A DNA stretch of 64,000 nucleotides from Spirochaetia bacterium (GTDB lineage Bacteria > Spirochaetota > Spirochaetia > CADAEX01), in the NCBI GenBank assembly GCA_017554185.1, contig JAFZIU010000077.1, forward strand, positions 182 to 64,181, written 5' to 3'. The notes beneath the pieces are model-generated. The model was not told where the DNA came from. It saw only the letters and a list, made by a program, of their open reading frames with translations, and searched no databases. Numbering within the stretch: the first letter of the stretch is position 1; every line of letters begins with the position of its first letter. Positions 62,539 through 64,000 of the stretch are shown in pieces. The position numbers and the translations under genes were made by a program.

Positions 62539-64000
62539 ATGGCCTTGACAGAAGAAAAACCTATCATAGTACAGAGCGATGGCACAATACTGCTGGATGT
62601 CCACTCCCCCAATTTCGAGGCAGCCCGGGATGATATCTCTGTCTTTGCAGAGCTTATCAAGTCCCCCGAGCATATCCACACCTATTCAATCTCTCCCATA
62701 TCCCTCTGGAACGCCGCTTCTGCAGGCATTCCCACCGCACAGGTTATAAAAAGGCTTAAGAAATGGTCCCGTTTTGCAATACCCGAGAATGTCCTTTTCC
62801 AGATTGAGGACAGCGGTTCCCTTTTCGGAAAGCTGGTGCTGGTGGAGACTGATAATCCCGACAATCTGCTTCTCAAGGTGGAGAACGATATTCTTTACAA
62901 ATCCATTTTTGCAGTTAAAAAGCTTGAGAAGCTGCTTATGCCTGTTCCGGGCGAGAACGCTTTCCTGGTGAATGTCCTTGACCGGGGCACCGTGAAGCAG
63001 GAGCTTATAAACTTAGGCTATCCTGTAAAGGATAATATACCGCTCCGGACCGGTGCTCCAATGGAGTTCAAGCTGCGGAAGACCACAGCCGGCGGAAAGA
63101 AGCTGGTGATCAGGGATTACCAGATAGAGGCTGCCAATGCATTCTACGGCAAGGGTGCCCCGGGCAATGGTTATGGCACTGTGGTCATGGCCTGCGGTTC
63201 CGGGAAGACTATGGTTGGAATGAAGATAATGGAGCTTATGCAGACCCAGACTTTGATCCTGACCACCAACATCGCTGCAGTGCATCAGTGGATGGAGGAG
63301 CTCCTGGACAAGTCCTTTGCAAAGCCAGAGGATATCGGGGAATACAGCGGCGAGAAGAAAGAGATAAAGCCTATAACTGTGGCCACATATCAGATTCTTA
63401 CATGGCGGCCCGACAAGAATGATCATTTCCCTCATTTTGAAATCTTCAAGAAGAACAAATGGGGACTCATTATTTATGACGAAGTCCATCTGCTCCCTGC
63501 CCCAGTGTTCAGGATCACCGCAGAGATTCAGGCAATAAGCCGGGTAGGTCTTACCGCCACACTCATCCGCGAGGATGGCAGGGAAAAAGATCTTTTCTCG
63601 CTGGTAGGACCTAAAAAGTATGACAGCCCATGGAAAGACCTTCAGGCCAAGGGGTGGATTGCAGATGCATCGTGCCACGAGATAAGGGTGGAACTTCCCG
63701 AGGATATGAAGGTTCCCTACTCCATCGCAGGAAAGAGAGAGAAGTTCCGCATTGCATCAGAAAACCCTCGGAAGCTTCCGATCATAAAGGAGCTTATAGA
63801 CAACCATCCCGATGATTTTATCCTTATCATAGGACAGTATCTGTCACAGCTGAAGGAAGTCAAGAAACTGCTGAATGTCCCCATCATCACAGGTCAGACC
63901 CCCAACAAGACCAGAGAGGAAATATATGGCCGGTTCAAGAGGGGCGAAGAGCGGGTGATCATTGTCTCAAAGGTGGCAAACTTTGCCATAGACCTGCCCG
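62539..64000 (+). CDS. XPB/Ssl2-like SF2 DNA repair helicase (3' end outside window; absent from ORF track)
   Basis: N-terminal damage-recognition-like domain, Walker A MACGSGKTMVG, DEVH box IIYDEVHLL. Reading frame stays open to the window edge. Confidence 0.8.
   Translation, partial: MALTEEKPIIVQSDGTILLDVHSPNFEAARDDISVFAELIKSPEHIHTYSISPISLWNAASAGIPTAQVIKRLKKWSRFAIPENVLFQIEDSGSLFGKLVLVETDNPDNLLLKVENDILYKSIFAVKKLEKLLMPVPGENAFLVNVLDRGTVKQELINLGYPVKDNIPLRTGAPMEFKLRKTTAGGKKLVIRDYQIEAANAFYGKGAPGNGYGTVVMACGSGKTMVGMKIMELMQTQTLILTTNIAAVHQWMEELLDKSFAKPEDIGEYSGEKKEIKPITVATYQILTWRPDKNDHFPHFEIFKKNKWGLIIYDEVHLLPAPVFRITAEIQAISRVGLTATLIREDGREKDLFSLVGPKKYDSPWKDLQAKGWIADASCHEIRVELPEDMKVPYSIAGKREKFRIASENPRKLPIIKELIDNHPDDFILIIGQYLSQLKEVKKLLNVPIITGQTPNKTREEIYGRFKRGEERVIIVSKVANFAIDLP

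Noticed and set aside
63013-63678. ORF-track ORF 63013..63678(-), 221 aa
   Set aside because: It lies antisense to the clearly real XPB-like helicase reading frame (Walker A and DEVH motifs on the plus strand).

Overview
The window is a 64 kb chromosomal segment of roughly 50% GC, probably from a spirochaete- or Bacteroidota-like anaerobe. It is dense with core housekeeping genes: slyD, radC, rlmE, dapA-dapB, tcdA, dnaX-ybaB-recR, uvrD, rimO, rsuA, three tRNAs and the pssA-psd phosphatidylethanolamine operon. Interspersed are transporter operons (CDF, MATE, TAXI-TRAP, PotABCD-like ABC, MFS) and a run of LysR-regulated hydrolase/oxidoreductase genes. I found no integrase, transposase, CRISPR array or rRNA. 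The most system-like accessory content is a compact five-gene islet at 17.0-20.8 kb between rlmE and dapA: an HTH-Fic protein, a patatin, a DUF3990-like protein, a protein with a C-terminal XRE HTH, and an LRAT/PLAAT-like protein. Inside it is a toxin-antitoxin-like overlapping pair preceded by a perfect palindrome. Other points worth follow-up: two promoters with homopolymeric G/C tracts in the -35/-10 spacer (candidate phase variation); a Kv-like channel whose selectivity filter reads TFAWPGD instead of TVGYGD, translationally coupled to a small 4-Cys protein; a secreted five-gene operon (dienelactone-hydrolase-like, two cyclophilin-like paralogs, a signal-peptide flavodoxin, an MBL hydrolase); a 45-nt sequence element duplicated upstream of two hydrolase/reductase genes; and two short genes absent from the ORF track (a 28-aa ultra-basic bTHX-like peptide and a 57-aa ferredoxin). 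Coordinates of features I derived by hand (terminators, promoters, repeats, tRNAs, revised starts) were counted from ORF-track codon positions and may be off by a few nucleotides.
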